Below are positions 20,750 to 29,941 of a stretch of 64,000 bases of DNA, piece after piece (positions within the stretch are counted from its first letter, which is position 1; each line of letters starts with the position of its first letter). The translations under genes were made by a program, and so were the position numbers. The notes under the pieces were generated by a model. That model was not told where the DNA came from, did no database searches, and saw nothing but the letters and a program-made list of their open reading frames with translations. Where the stretch lies: NCBI GenBank assembly GCA_044225365.1, contig JBGAIQ010000012.1:83345-147344 (forward strand). Reading direction: 5' to 3'. The DNA comes from Planctomycetota bacterium (GTDB lineage Bacteria > Planctomycetota > B15-G4 > JADJEK01).

Positions 20750-21667
20750 ATGAAGCTTCGTATCGAACGCAAATACTGGCTCCTCGGTGCAGTCGCCGCA
20801 CTTGTCGTTGCTGGTGCCTATGGGCTTTCCGTCGCCGATGGAGTGACGGCGAAGGCGTCGCAGGATCCTGCTCCGGCTCCGGCTCCGACCGATCCCCTCG
20901 ACCCCTACTTCGCGGCCGCCGATGAGAACGAGTCGAAGCTCGTGGAGTTGATCGAGCGTGGAAGCGCGGCGATCGAGAGCGCCGCGTCATCGGAAGAAGC
21001 GCACAAGATCAGCACGCGCCTCGAACCCTACTCGCGCAAGGTGTTCTTCTCCTCGTTGCGGCCGAAGGGAATGGAGCGGCTCGACATCGCGATCCACACG
21101 GTCGAGAGCAAGCAACTGCCCAAGGCGATCGGGAAGCGCTACCGCTTCGATCCGCATCTGCTCTCCCTGCTCAACGACGACTACGACGCGAAGAAACTGC
21201 GCGTCGGCCAGAAGCTTAAGGTGCTCGACCTCATCGATGGATCGCTGCGTGTCCTCGTCGACAAGACGCACTATCGAGTCGCGATCTGGAAGAAGGCTCC
21301 GGGACGAGATGGAAAATTGCTCCTCGGCTACTGGCCGGTCGGCCTCGGCAAGGTGACGACGGAGACGCCGACGGGAACGACGTTCATCGAGAAACGCGTG
21401 CGGGATCCGTCGTGGACCGACCCCGATACGAAGAAGACGTTCCTCGCGGGCGATCCGCAGAACGTGCTCGGCGGGTTCTGGATGGCGCTCGACTCGAACG
21501 GCATCCATCGCGATGGCATCGGCTTCCACGGCTACACCGGCGCGCCCGCCGCCAATTGGATCGAGCAGCCGGCGTCGCACGGATGCGTGCGCATGTTGCA
21601 GGCCGACATCGGGATCCTCTACGACATCGCACTCGAGGGCACACCGGTCGATCTTCGCGCACAGTGA
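20750..21667 (+). CDS. L,D-transpeptidase (YkuD family) with N-terminal anchor and LysM-like segment
   Basis: VGLGK...TPTGT and GIGFHG...ASHGCVRM catalytic His/Cys motif; HTVES...LRVGQKLKV is LysM-like. Confidence 0.85.
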   Translation: MKLRIERKYWLLGAVAALVVAGAYGLSVADGVTAKASQDPAPAPAPTDPLDPYFAAADENESKLVELIERGSAAIESAASSEEAHKISTRLEPYSRKVFFSSLRPKGMERLDIAIHTVESKQLPKAIGKRYRFDPHLLSLLNDDYDAKKLRVGQKLKVLDLIDGSLRVLVDKTHYRVAIWKKAPGRDGKLLLGYWPVGLGKVTTETPTGTTFIEKRVRDPSWTDPDTKKTFLAGDPQNVLGGFWMALDSNGIHRDGIGFHGYTGAPAANWIEQPASHGCVRMLQADIGILYDIALEGTPVDLRAQ

Positions 21668-21752
21668 GGCGGATCGAGTTTTCGGCATTGCCGAGATCCA
21701 CGTTTCGGACGTACGCTACTGCCCTGCCCCCCCGACCGATCTGGAGCCTCTC

Positions 21753-24284
21753 ATGTCACCGCTGCGCCGCGCCGCTCTGCTTTGCATTGCATGGGTCCCA
21801 TTTTCGGTCGCGCTGTTCGCCGGCGATCTGATCGTCGTTCGGGGGCCGCTCCCTCCGAATGGTGCGAAAGAGATCTCCAAGCACGCGAGCTTCTACGGAG
21901 ACTACGGCTACGTCTCGATTGCCGAAGGCAGCGCTGGCGCGGCGGCGGAACTCGCCGAAGCCGGACTCGACGCGACGGATCTCGGCGCTTGGCCGACGCC
22001 TGACGAAGTGCTCGTTGCTCTCGAGGCAAACGTTCCGACCGGCGCGAAGGTCCTGCTGTCGAACCGCGGGCAGGCGGTCTTCGTATCGGGGACGATCCAC
22101 GGCGATGGCTGTCGGTGCGGGCACGTCGTCGCCCACGTCGAGCGTCGCGCCTACGAGCCGGATCGGGGCTTTTCGGCGCCGCAGCCATCGCAGGACAAGA
22201 GCCTCGTGGTCGACGCCCGCGTCGCCGCGCTCGTGGCGCAGGTGAGTCAGACCAATCTGCAAGCGACGGATACGCAACTCTCGAGCTACTTCACTCGCCG
22301 CGCCGATTCGGCGCAGGTGCAGACCGCAAAGACCTGGATCCTCGGACAACTTGCCATGATCCCCGGGCTCGTGGTCAGCACGCAGACGTTCAATGCGAGC
22401 TACGCGCCGAACATCATCGCCGAGATTCCTGGCACCGTTCATCCCGAGAAGATCCTCGTCCTCGGCGCACATTATGATTCGATCAACGGCGGCGGATCCT
22501 CGCTCCAGGCACCCGGCGCCGACGACAACGCGACCGGAAGCTCTGCGATCCTCGAATGCGCGCGAATCCTATCGCAGCAGAATTTCGAATATACGATTCG
22601 CCTCATGTTCTACTGCGCCGAGGAACTCGGCCTCGTCGGTAGCAATTACGACGCGACGCAGTTGAAAGCGCAGGGCAAAGATGTCGTGGCCATGCTCAAC
22701 ATGGACATGATCGCGCATCTCGAAGCGGGCGATACGTACGACCTCGACTTCGCTACGAATGACACCAACGCCGCGCTGACGCAATTCTGCCGCGATGTGA
22801 CGGCCGCGTACGTGCCGGGCTTCGCGACGAAGACCGGTGTGCTCACAGCGGGCACCTCGGATCACAAGTCGTACAACTCGGTGGGTTTTCCGGCGGCATT
22901 CTTCTTCGAGGACCTCGACAAGTACTCGATGGTGATCCACACCGCGAACGACGTGATCGGTTCGAGTGCGAACAACTTCTTGCTCGCTCGCGACATCGCC
23001 AAATCGTTCCTCGCGACGGCGGCGCTCATCGCGAAGCCGGTCGACCTCGCCATCACGCACGCGCCGCTCGCGGATACGACCGATGGATCGGGTCCCTATC
23101 TCTTTGCGGCGAACGTGACCTCGCTCATCGGATCGCAGATCGCAGGCGTATCGCTCGAGTATCGTGTGAATGGAGGAAGCTGGTCGAGCAAAACGATGCT
23201 GCCGTCCGGGATCTCGGGCCAATACGTGGCGTCGTTGCCAGGTCTTTCGCCGAGCGGCAAGATCGATTACTACCTCGTCGCGACCGACGTGAATGGTTAC
23301 AGCCAGTACGCGCCCGATACTGCCGAGACCGGGCTCGGGACGTACGGATTCTCGATCGGCAACGGATCGACGATCTTGAGCGATGACTTCGACGGGGCCT
23401 CGTCCGGTTGGACGAGCGTCCAGGTCGTGTCGTCGAACGACTGGCAGATCGGCCCGGTGAACGGCGAGAGCACCGACCCGCCTTCGGCCTTCTCGGGGAG
23501 CGCAGTGCGCGGTAATGATCTCGGGGCCGGTTCGTTCAACGGCGAATATCCTGCCAACGTCGAGAATTATCTCGAGTCGCCCACGATCAATTGTGCAGGC
23601 AAGAGCAACGTCCATCTTTCCTATCGTCGCTGGCTCGGTGTGGAGGATGGCTTCTACGATCAGGCCAAGGTCGAAGTGAACGGCAGCGTGGTGTGGCAGA
23701 ACCCGATCACGCCGGGCGGCGGGACGAATCATCTCATCGACACCGCGTGGACTGCGGTCGATCACGACATCAGCGCCATCGCGGCGAACAATTCGGCCGT
23801 CAAGATCCGCTTTCGATTGAAGAGCGACGGCGGGCTGCAATTCGGCGGATGGACGCTCGATGACTTCCGCGTCTACTCGCAGACGCCCGCGACGACGGCG
23901 GCACTCACCACTTCCGAAGCCTTCATTTCGCAGTCCCAAGGCGGAAGCGCGGCGCTCTCCATCGCGGCCGGTGCGGGCAAGGCGGGGCGGACGTATGTCG
24001 TCGGGCTCTCGGTCACGGGTACTGCGCCGTCGACGTCACTCGGCTCAGCGCAGATCCCACTCGTCTTCGACGCCGCGACGAACCTGGGGTTCTCTTTGCT
24101 CAACACGCCGGTCTTCCAGAACTTCGCGGGCGTACTGAACGGCAGCGGGGCCGCGTCTGCGACGCTCTTCCTTCCGCCCTTGAACGATCCCGCGCTGGCG
24201 GGGCTGCATCTCTATTTCGCCGCGTTCACGATCGCGCCCGTCGACTATGCAACGAACTCGGTGAGCGTGCTCCTCGTCCCGTAG
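21753..24284 (+). CDS. Secreted M28 family aminopeptidase with C-terminal beta-sandwich domains
   Basis: GAHYDS, GADDNATG, AEELGL, NMDMI, SDH and IHTAND zinc-binding motifs; signal peptide. Confidence 0.88.
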   Translation: MSPLRRAALLCIAWVPFSVALFAGDLIVVRGPLPPNGAKEISKHASFYGDYGYVSIAEGSAGAAAELAEAGLDATDLGAWPTPDEVLVALEANVPTGAKVLLSNRGQAVFVSGTIHGDGCRCGHVVAHVERRAYEPDRGFSAPQPSQDKSLVVDARVAALVAQVSQTNLQATDTQLSSYFTRRADSAQVQTAKTWILGQLAMIPGLVVSTQTFNASYAPNIIAEIPGTVHPEKILVLGAHYDSINGGGSSLQAPGADDNATGSSAILECARILSQQNFEYTIRLMFYCAEELGLVGSNYDATQLKAQGKDVVAMLNMDMIAHLEAGDTYDLDFATNDTNAALTQFCRDVTAAYVPGFATKTGVLTAGTSDHKSYNSVGFPAAFFFEDLDKYSMVIHTANDVIGSSANNFLLARDIAKSFLATAALIAKPVDLAITHAPLADTTDGSGPYLFAANVTSLIGSQIAGVSLEYRVNGGSWSSKTMLPSGISGQYVASLPGLSPSGKIDYYLVATDVNGYSQYAPDTAETGLGTYGFSIGNGSTILSDDFDGASSGWTSVQVVSSNDWQIGPVNGESTDPPSAFSGSAVRGNDLGAGSFNGEYPANVENYLESPTINCAGKSNVHLSYRRWLGVEDGFYDQAKVEVNGSVVWQNPITPGGGTNHLIDTAWTAVDHDISAIAANNSAVKIRFRLKSDGGLQFGGWTLDDFRVYSQTPATTAALTTSEAFISQSQGGSAALSIAAGAGKAGRTYVVGLSVTGTAPSTSLGSAQIPLVFDAATNLGFSLLNTPVFQNFAGVLNGSGAASATLFLPPLNDPALAGLHLYFAAFTIAPVDYATNSVSVLLVP

Positions 24285-24294
24285 GCAGGCATAC

Positions 24295-24526
24295 GGACCG
24301 CCACGCTGAAGCGTGGCCGAAGTAACCCCATGCCGGGCGGAGCCCGGCGGTCCGAAGAGGAACCCCATGCCGGGCATAGCCCGGCGGTCCGAATGCGGGA
24401 CCGCCACGCTCCAGCGTGGCAAATTCTTTTCCGAATTCCTGTAACCGACCCGCCTCGGGCGCGATGTCCGGGACCGCCACGCTCCAGCGTGGCATCCCCT
24501 TCCCCTGCCGGCCACCCGGCGCTCCC
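24295..24526. repeat. REP cluster upstream of RAYT
   Basis: Type A GGACCGCCACGCTCCAGCGTGGC at 24295 (variant), 24398 and 24471. Inverted type B GCCGGGCRKAGCCCGGCGGTCC at 24332 and 24369. Degenerate copy near 24507-24526. Confidence 0.88.
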
Positions 24527-24540
24527 GGACCACGATCATC

Positions 24541-25206
24541 ATGAACGAACCAACGAATTCCCCCGCCGACTCCAGCCATCGCGCTTGGCATACGCGGGGG
24601 TACCTTCCGCACTTCGATTCCCCGGATATCGTCCAACACGTTACGTTTCGGCTTGCGGACAGCTTGCCCGTGAGGTTCCTGAAGGAATTGGAAGAAGAGC
24701 TGCGACTCGTTCCGGCGGCGAGGCGGTCCCTCTCGAGGTTTCAACGAATCGACGACGCGATCGACGCCGGTCACGGCTGCTGCCTGCTACGGCAACGCGA
24801 AGCGGGATCCTTGATGCGAGACGCGCTTCTTCACTTCGACGGGGTACGGTATCGAATGTACGCCTTCGTCGTGATGCCCAATCACGTCCACACGCTCTTC
24901 GCGCCCCTCGATGGATGGACGACTCCCCGCATCACCGCGTCGTGGAAGTCCTTCACCGGGCGTCTTCTCTCGTCGAGGATGCCGAAGCCCGATGGCTCGG
25001 ATCCGATGCCTCGAGTCTGGCAACGCGAATACTGGGATCGCTTCATCCGGGACGACGAGCACTTCTTCACGACCCGAGAGTACATTCACGAGAATCCAGT
25101 CAAGGCGGGTTTGGCGGCGCGCCAGGAGGATTGGGAGTTCAGCAGCGCGAATCGGGAAGTCCGGTTGCGGATGCGGGACCGCCACGCTCCTGCGTGGCCG
25201 AAGTGA
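24541..25206 (+). mobile_element. rayT: REP-associated tyrosine transposase (RAYT, Y1 HUH family)
   Basis: RGYLPH...VTFRLADSLP, HUH motif VVMPNHVH, WQREYWDRFIRD, catalytic YIHENPVKAG; flanked by REPs. Confidence 0.9.
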
Positions 25207-25510
25207 GCCATGCCGGGCAGAGCCCGGCGGTCCGGATGCGGGACCGCCACGCTCCAGCGTGGCTGAAGAAAGCCATGCCGGGCAGAGCCCGGCGGTCCGA
25301 ATGCGGGACCGCCACGCTCCAGCGTGGCTGAAGAAAGCCATGCCGGGCAGAGCCCGGCGGTCCGGATGCTAGGTTCCGTTCGGGGCAGGGAACCCTATGC
25401 CGGGCAGAGCCCGGCGGTCCGAATAGGGAACCCTATGCCGGGCGGAGCCCGGCGGTCCGGATGCTAGCCCGGCGGTCCGAATGGAAACCCGATGCCGGGC
25501 GGAGCGCAGC
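25176..25510. repeat. BIME/REPIN-like REP array downstream of RAYT (65-bp period)
   Basis: Type A at 25176, 25241 and 25306. Type B at 25212, 25277, 25342, 25399 and 25437. Partial copies at 25466 and 25494. Confidence 0.9.
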
Positions 25511-25525
25511 GCCTCGGCGCCTCCG

Positions 25526-25753
25526 TCAGGGGAGGTCCTTGCTACCGACCACCGCGAGATTCATCGAAACCTGAACCGTGAGGGGCTTGCCGTCGACCGT
25601 GATGATCGCCTTGCTGTTCACGTACCAGCCGAAGCTCTTGGTCGAGAACTCGCGCGGCTGCGCGACGAGCGGCGAGCCGGCGACGTCGATCGTGATCGCC
25701 TGAGCCTTCGTGTTGAAGTCCTCGCGGGAAATGGGGCAGGTCGTCTTGGACAT
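25526..25753 (-). CDS. Small hypothetical beta-rich protein (REFSTxSFGW motif)
   Basis: 75-aa ORF with typical codon usage and CCAGGAGA RBS upstream. Confidence 0.75.
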   Translation of the reverse strand: MSKTTCPISREDFNTKAQAITIDVAGSPLVAQPREFSTKSFGWYVNSKAIITVDGKPLTVQVSMNLAVVGSKDLP

Positions 25754-25829
25754 CTTCGAATCTCCTGGGTGCCAGCCGATGCGGCGGGTGTTCGGGGCCG
25801 CGCAGGATAGCTGGGCGCGGGAGAACGCG

Positions 25830-26552
25830 TCACGAATTTGCGTCGCGCAGCGCCTTGGCGAGGCGAGTCTTGCGCAAACCGAAGTAGCTCACGGTCGCGA
25901 GGACGACGATGAACGCGACGGCGATCCCGATCCGCATGCCGAGGCCTGCGCCCTTCGGATTCCCGAGGTACGCGCAGATCGCCGCTTCCGGAGCCGTGCC
26001 GAGGAACACCCCGATCGAGAAGTCGAGGAGCGGCATGCCGGTCACGGACATCGCGAGCGTCATGAGCAGCGAGTTGCCGACCGGGATGTTGCGAATCAGC
26101 AGATTCGTCATGATCCCGTGGCGGCCGACGTGCTCGAGCACGCTCGCGAGCTTCTGGAATCGCGCGCCGACCTTGCGCGCAACCCAGTCGCGACCGAGTG
26201 CGCGCCCGTAGAGGAACGTGAGGATCGACGCGAAGAGGGTTCCGATCTGGGCGGCGAGGAAACCCGGCCAGAACCCGAAGAGATACCCGCCAAGGCCGGC
26301 GAATAAGAGCCGTGGTGCGCCCAGCGTGACTCCGGCGAGCGTCGCGCCCGCGAACATCAGCGCGCCCAGTGGACCCAGCTTGCGAGCGTCGTCCGCGAAG
26401 TGCTCCCAGCGTTCGAAATGGAGCCAGTCGTTGAGGGGCGTGAGATAGACGATCGCGATGGCGGCAACGACGGAGACGACGAGCACGATCGGCTTCTTGC
26501 TCGAGCGACTCTCACTTTCGTCCGCGACGGGAATGGCCGAGTCGTCCGTCAT
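25830..26552 (-). CDS. TVP38/TMEM64 (VTT/DedA-like) membrane protein
   Basis: GYLFGFWPG...GRALGR and LLIRNIPV motifs; ATGA overlap with the GT2 stop. Confidence 0.8.
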   Translation of the reverse strand: MTDDSAIPVADESESRSSKKPIVLVVSVVAAIAIVYLTPLNDWLHFERWEHFADDARKLGPLGALMFAGATLAGVTLGAPRLLFAGLGGYLFGFWPGFLAAQIGTLFASILTFLYGRALGRDWVARKVGARFQKLASVLEHVGRHGIMTNLLIRNIPVGNSLLMTLAMSVTGMPLLDFSIGVFLGTAPEAAICAYLGNPKGAGLGMRIGIAVAFIVVLATVSYFGLRKTRLAKALRDANS

Positions 26553-27325
26553 CGCGATACGGCCGACTTCGGCGGGCGGGTTTGCGCGACACCCATGAGG
26601 TTCGCTCGACGGCTGTACACGGCGCGTCGGCGATACCAGATCATTGCGAAGCAGTCGAAGAGCCCGCGGATGCCGCGCTCGATGTTCTTGTACTTCGAGA
26701 CGCCGGCCGTGCGCGGGCGATGCTTCACCTCGCACTCGACCACCTTGAATCCCTGGTAGCGCATCATCGCGCCCATCCAGCGATGAGTGCCGTTGAAGAT
26801 CGGGATCTCGACGAGCGCCTCGCGGCGGATGAGCCGGAAGTTGCAGCCGGCGTCCGTGGTGGGGTCGCTCGTCAGCAGCTTGCGCACGCCATTGCCGATC
26901 TTCGACGCCATTCGCTTCGCGAACGTATCGCGACGCTTCTTGCGAACCCCGCACACCGCGTCGGCGTCGCCGAGCGCTGCGAACAGATCGGGAATGCTCG
27001 CGGGATCATTCTGGCCATCGCCGTCGAGCGTGAGGACGAGTTCGCCCCGAGCGGCGCGAAAGCCCGTGCCGAGCGCGGCGCTCTGTCCGCAATTGCGGGA
27101 ATGCCGTACGACGCGGATCTCGGGAAGCTCCATCGCGAGGCGCTCGGCGCGGGCGGCGGTGTCATCCCGACTGCAGTCGTCGACGACGAGGATCTCGAAG
27201 GAATGCTGGAGCGGCACGAGCATTCCGTGGATCTCGCGGACCAGCGTCTCGACGTTGCCCGCTTCGTCGAAGCAGGGCAGCACGACGGACACCGTCGGAG
27301 CCGAAGAATCGTCCCAGGACACCAT
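26549..27325 (-). CDS. Glycosyltransferase family 2 (polyprenol-phosphate sugar synthase-like)
   Basis: SVVLPCFDE, VDDCSRD, NCGQSAAL, TLDGDGQNDP and HRPRTAGVSKY motifs. Confidence 0.92.
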   Translation of the reverse strand: MVSWDDSSAPTVSVVLPCFDEAGNVETLVREIHGMLVPLQHSFEILVVDDCSRDDTAARAERLAMELPEIRVVRHSRNCGQSAALGTGFRAARGELVLTLDGDGQNDPASIPDLFAALGDADAVCGVRKKRRDTFAKRMASKIGNGVRKLLTSDPTTDAGCNFRLIRREALVEIPIFNGTHRWMGAMMRYQGFKVVECEVKHRPRTAGVSKYKNIERGIRGLFDCFAMIWYRRRAVYSRRANLMGVAQTRPPKSAVSR

Positions 27326-27370
27326 CCCGGGATCTTATAGGGCGGATTCGCCGTCAACCTGACGTTTTCG

Positions 27371-29934
27371 TCACCCCTTCCGAAGGGGCCCCGGCAGGTT
27401 TCGCGGTTGGATCTCGATGAATTGGGGTTTCTCCGGATGAAGATGCAGCTGCCCCGTCACTTCCCCGAGAGCATCGGACTTCACAAAGGCCGACTCACCG
27501 TCGACTTTCCATTCGACGTCCGCGTTCGGAGGAAGGTCGTGGATCGTGACCGCCACTTCGGCGTTCGCATCCACCGCGCGAGCGACGAACCTGCGAATCG
27601 CCCGCGGGTTGTCGGGCCAACTCATCACATCGACGTCGATCGTCTCGTAGGGCGTGGTGCCGAGGGTGAATCGGGGCGAGCTTCCCTCTCCCGAGAAGAA
27701 CGAGACTCCGCGCGGACTCACCGCGATGCCGAACGGACTCCGCCGCCGCAGCGTTACGGCCATCGCAGTCGCGGCGATCTCGTGTTCCGCGAGCTCGATC
27801 CGATAGTCGATGCCGCGCAGTCGATAGTTCAGCTTCGTCCCCACGATCTCCGGCACGAGGTGCGGCTCGATGTCGAGTCGGTTCCATTTGGGAACGATCC
27901 CGTAGAGATTGCGGTACAGCCCGACGATCGCGGAGCAGTTGTTGGAAAGAATGTCGTCTCCCGCCCCTTGCTGCGAGCCCGCAGATAGCGTTGAAACGCA
28001 AGGCCGTCCTTTTCGAAGCGTGCGAGTACGTTCTTCACGATGCGGAACGCGATCCTTGGATCCGTCTTCACGTACGCGCGCGTGCCGAGTTCGCCGAATG
28101 CGAGGAACAGATCGCCGTTCTCGTAGTTCGGGAACGGGTACTGGAAATCGTTGGCCTCGCCGGGCGCAAACGGCAATACGCAGATCGGCCAGAAGAAGAG
28201 GTTCTCGCTCTGCACGCATTGCTCGATGCGGTCGAGGATCGCACGAATGCGTACCTCGTCATCGCAGAGGCCGTACGCGATCGCCATGAGATTGACGGGA
28301 ACCGTGAGATTGTCGCCGTGGATCGAATCGTCCTTCTCCCGCCAGTAGACGTACCACGAATGATCCGCGCTCCAGAACCCTCCTTCGGTCGTCGGTCGAT
28401 CGAAGGCCTCCTTCAAACGTAGTGCGCGTGCGTCGTACGTCTTCGCGGCATCGTCGTCTCCGAGCACGCGCTCGATTTCGGCCAGTCGTCGCAGAGCTTC
28501 GTAGAGCTGCGCGTTGATGTACGCGCTCTCGTGACTCGCCCAGACCACGTCGATCCAATCGCTGCTCTTGTGGTTCTTGCACGAATCGGAATCGACTTCG
28601 ACGAGGCCGTCGCCATCGGCATCGCGTCGCAGGAGGAACTCCAGCGCGCGCTCGCAGGGTTCCTTCTGTCCACGCATCCAATCGATGTCGCCCGACAAGT
28701 CGAACTGGTCGGCGGCATTGATCACGTAGCTAGTTTGGGAATCGAGCAGCCGTCCCCATTGGGCTTCGTAATAACCGAGTTCGTCGTACGTGCCGGGCTC
28801 CGCGTCGTTCGCGTTCGACGTCCAGCGCGATTTCACGCGGCCGTCCTTCGCCATGGCGTGATCGCGTTCCTCGTTCATCGTCTTCGCGAACGATGCGACG
28901 TAGTTCGCGTCGTCGATCGCGATCCCGAGTTGGGCGATCCAGGGCTCGTGGAGAGCGACGCCGTTCCAGCCATTGCTGCCCATGAACGTGTCGTCGACGA
29001 CTCCATAGCGCGCGATCGTGTTCATCAATTCGCGTACGGAGGACTCGTCGACGCCGTTCAGCTCGCCGCGATCGAACTTGGATGCGTATCGACGAGCGTG
29101 GAGGCGAAGCGTGACCGACGTCGCGTAGGGTTCGATCTCGATAGGCTGCCAGACGTCGGCCCGATCGGGAAGGAAGCGCGCGACCCCGTGACGCGTCGCG
29201 AGTCGATCGGGAGTGATCGCCAACGACATCTCGAGCGCTCCCGAACGTTGCGAAGTGAAACGCAGCGCGCTGACATAGTTCGCATTCGGTACGGCTTCGA
29301 ATTCCAGGGCGTCGTCGCGCTCACGACTCCACAAGATGGCCTTTCCCGTGTGGACGCCGAGAGTCGCTTGGGGTGATTCGAATCGTGGACTCCACGCGAC
29401 TCCGCCCGTGCCGAGGATCGCTCCCGACCAGGTGGATGCGTCCTTGAACGAGCAGTGAGCGAACGAGACCTCGTCGGCGTGAATGGGCTTCTTGACGAAC
29501 CGATCCACCGTCCACTCGATCGTCTCGCCGCGCAGCCGAAACGCCCATCTCTCCGAAAACGCCCGCCCCTCATCGTCGACCGGTGTGATGACGGTGCCAA
29601 TCTCGCGGAAGAACGGGTCGCTTCCGGAGGATGTGATGTCGCGAGTGGCAATGACTCGCGTCTTTGGCGACGTCCCCCAGTTCTGCCACGTTCCGTCGAT
29701 CTTCAGACCGGTCGTGATTCCGGCAGAAGGATCGAGCACTTCGTGGCCCCGCACTTCGAAGCGGTCGATCTTCCACGGATCGCCGTAGTTCACCCGCAGC
29801 GAGAGCGAACCGCGACGCGTGCAGATCGTGAGCGTCTTCGATCTGGGATCGTCGCTGATCTGGGCAAGAACACTGCACTCGAACGCACTCGTGAGAGCCG
29901 CGGCGAGAGCGATTGCGCGAAGCGTCCGTTTCAT
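27371..29934 (-). pseudogene. Secreted six-hairpin glycosidase-like protein, split by a 1-nt frameshift near 27978
   Basis: The upstream frame gives signal peptide...DADGDGLVE..SSDWID..YENG..FQRYLR. Protein-like sequence continues in another frame as SQQGAGDDILSNN..GLYRNLYGI..EPHL to the stop at 27371. Confidence 0.72.
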
Positions 29935-29941
29935 GTTCCCC

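Noticed and set aside
24541-25206. IS200/IS605 element with TnpB
   Set aside because: No tnpB or iscB ORF is adjacent; the motifs and multiple REPs fit RAYT.
24295-25510. CRISPR array interpretation of the 65-bp periodic repeats
   Set aside because: The intervening sequences are themselves repeated, units occur in both orientations, no cas genes are present, and a RAYT gene sits in the middle.
27960-27995. Programmed ribosomal frameshift
   Set aside because: No X XXY YYZ slippery site or evident stimulatory structure; an indel is simpler.
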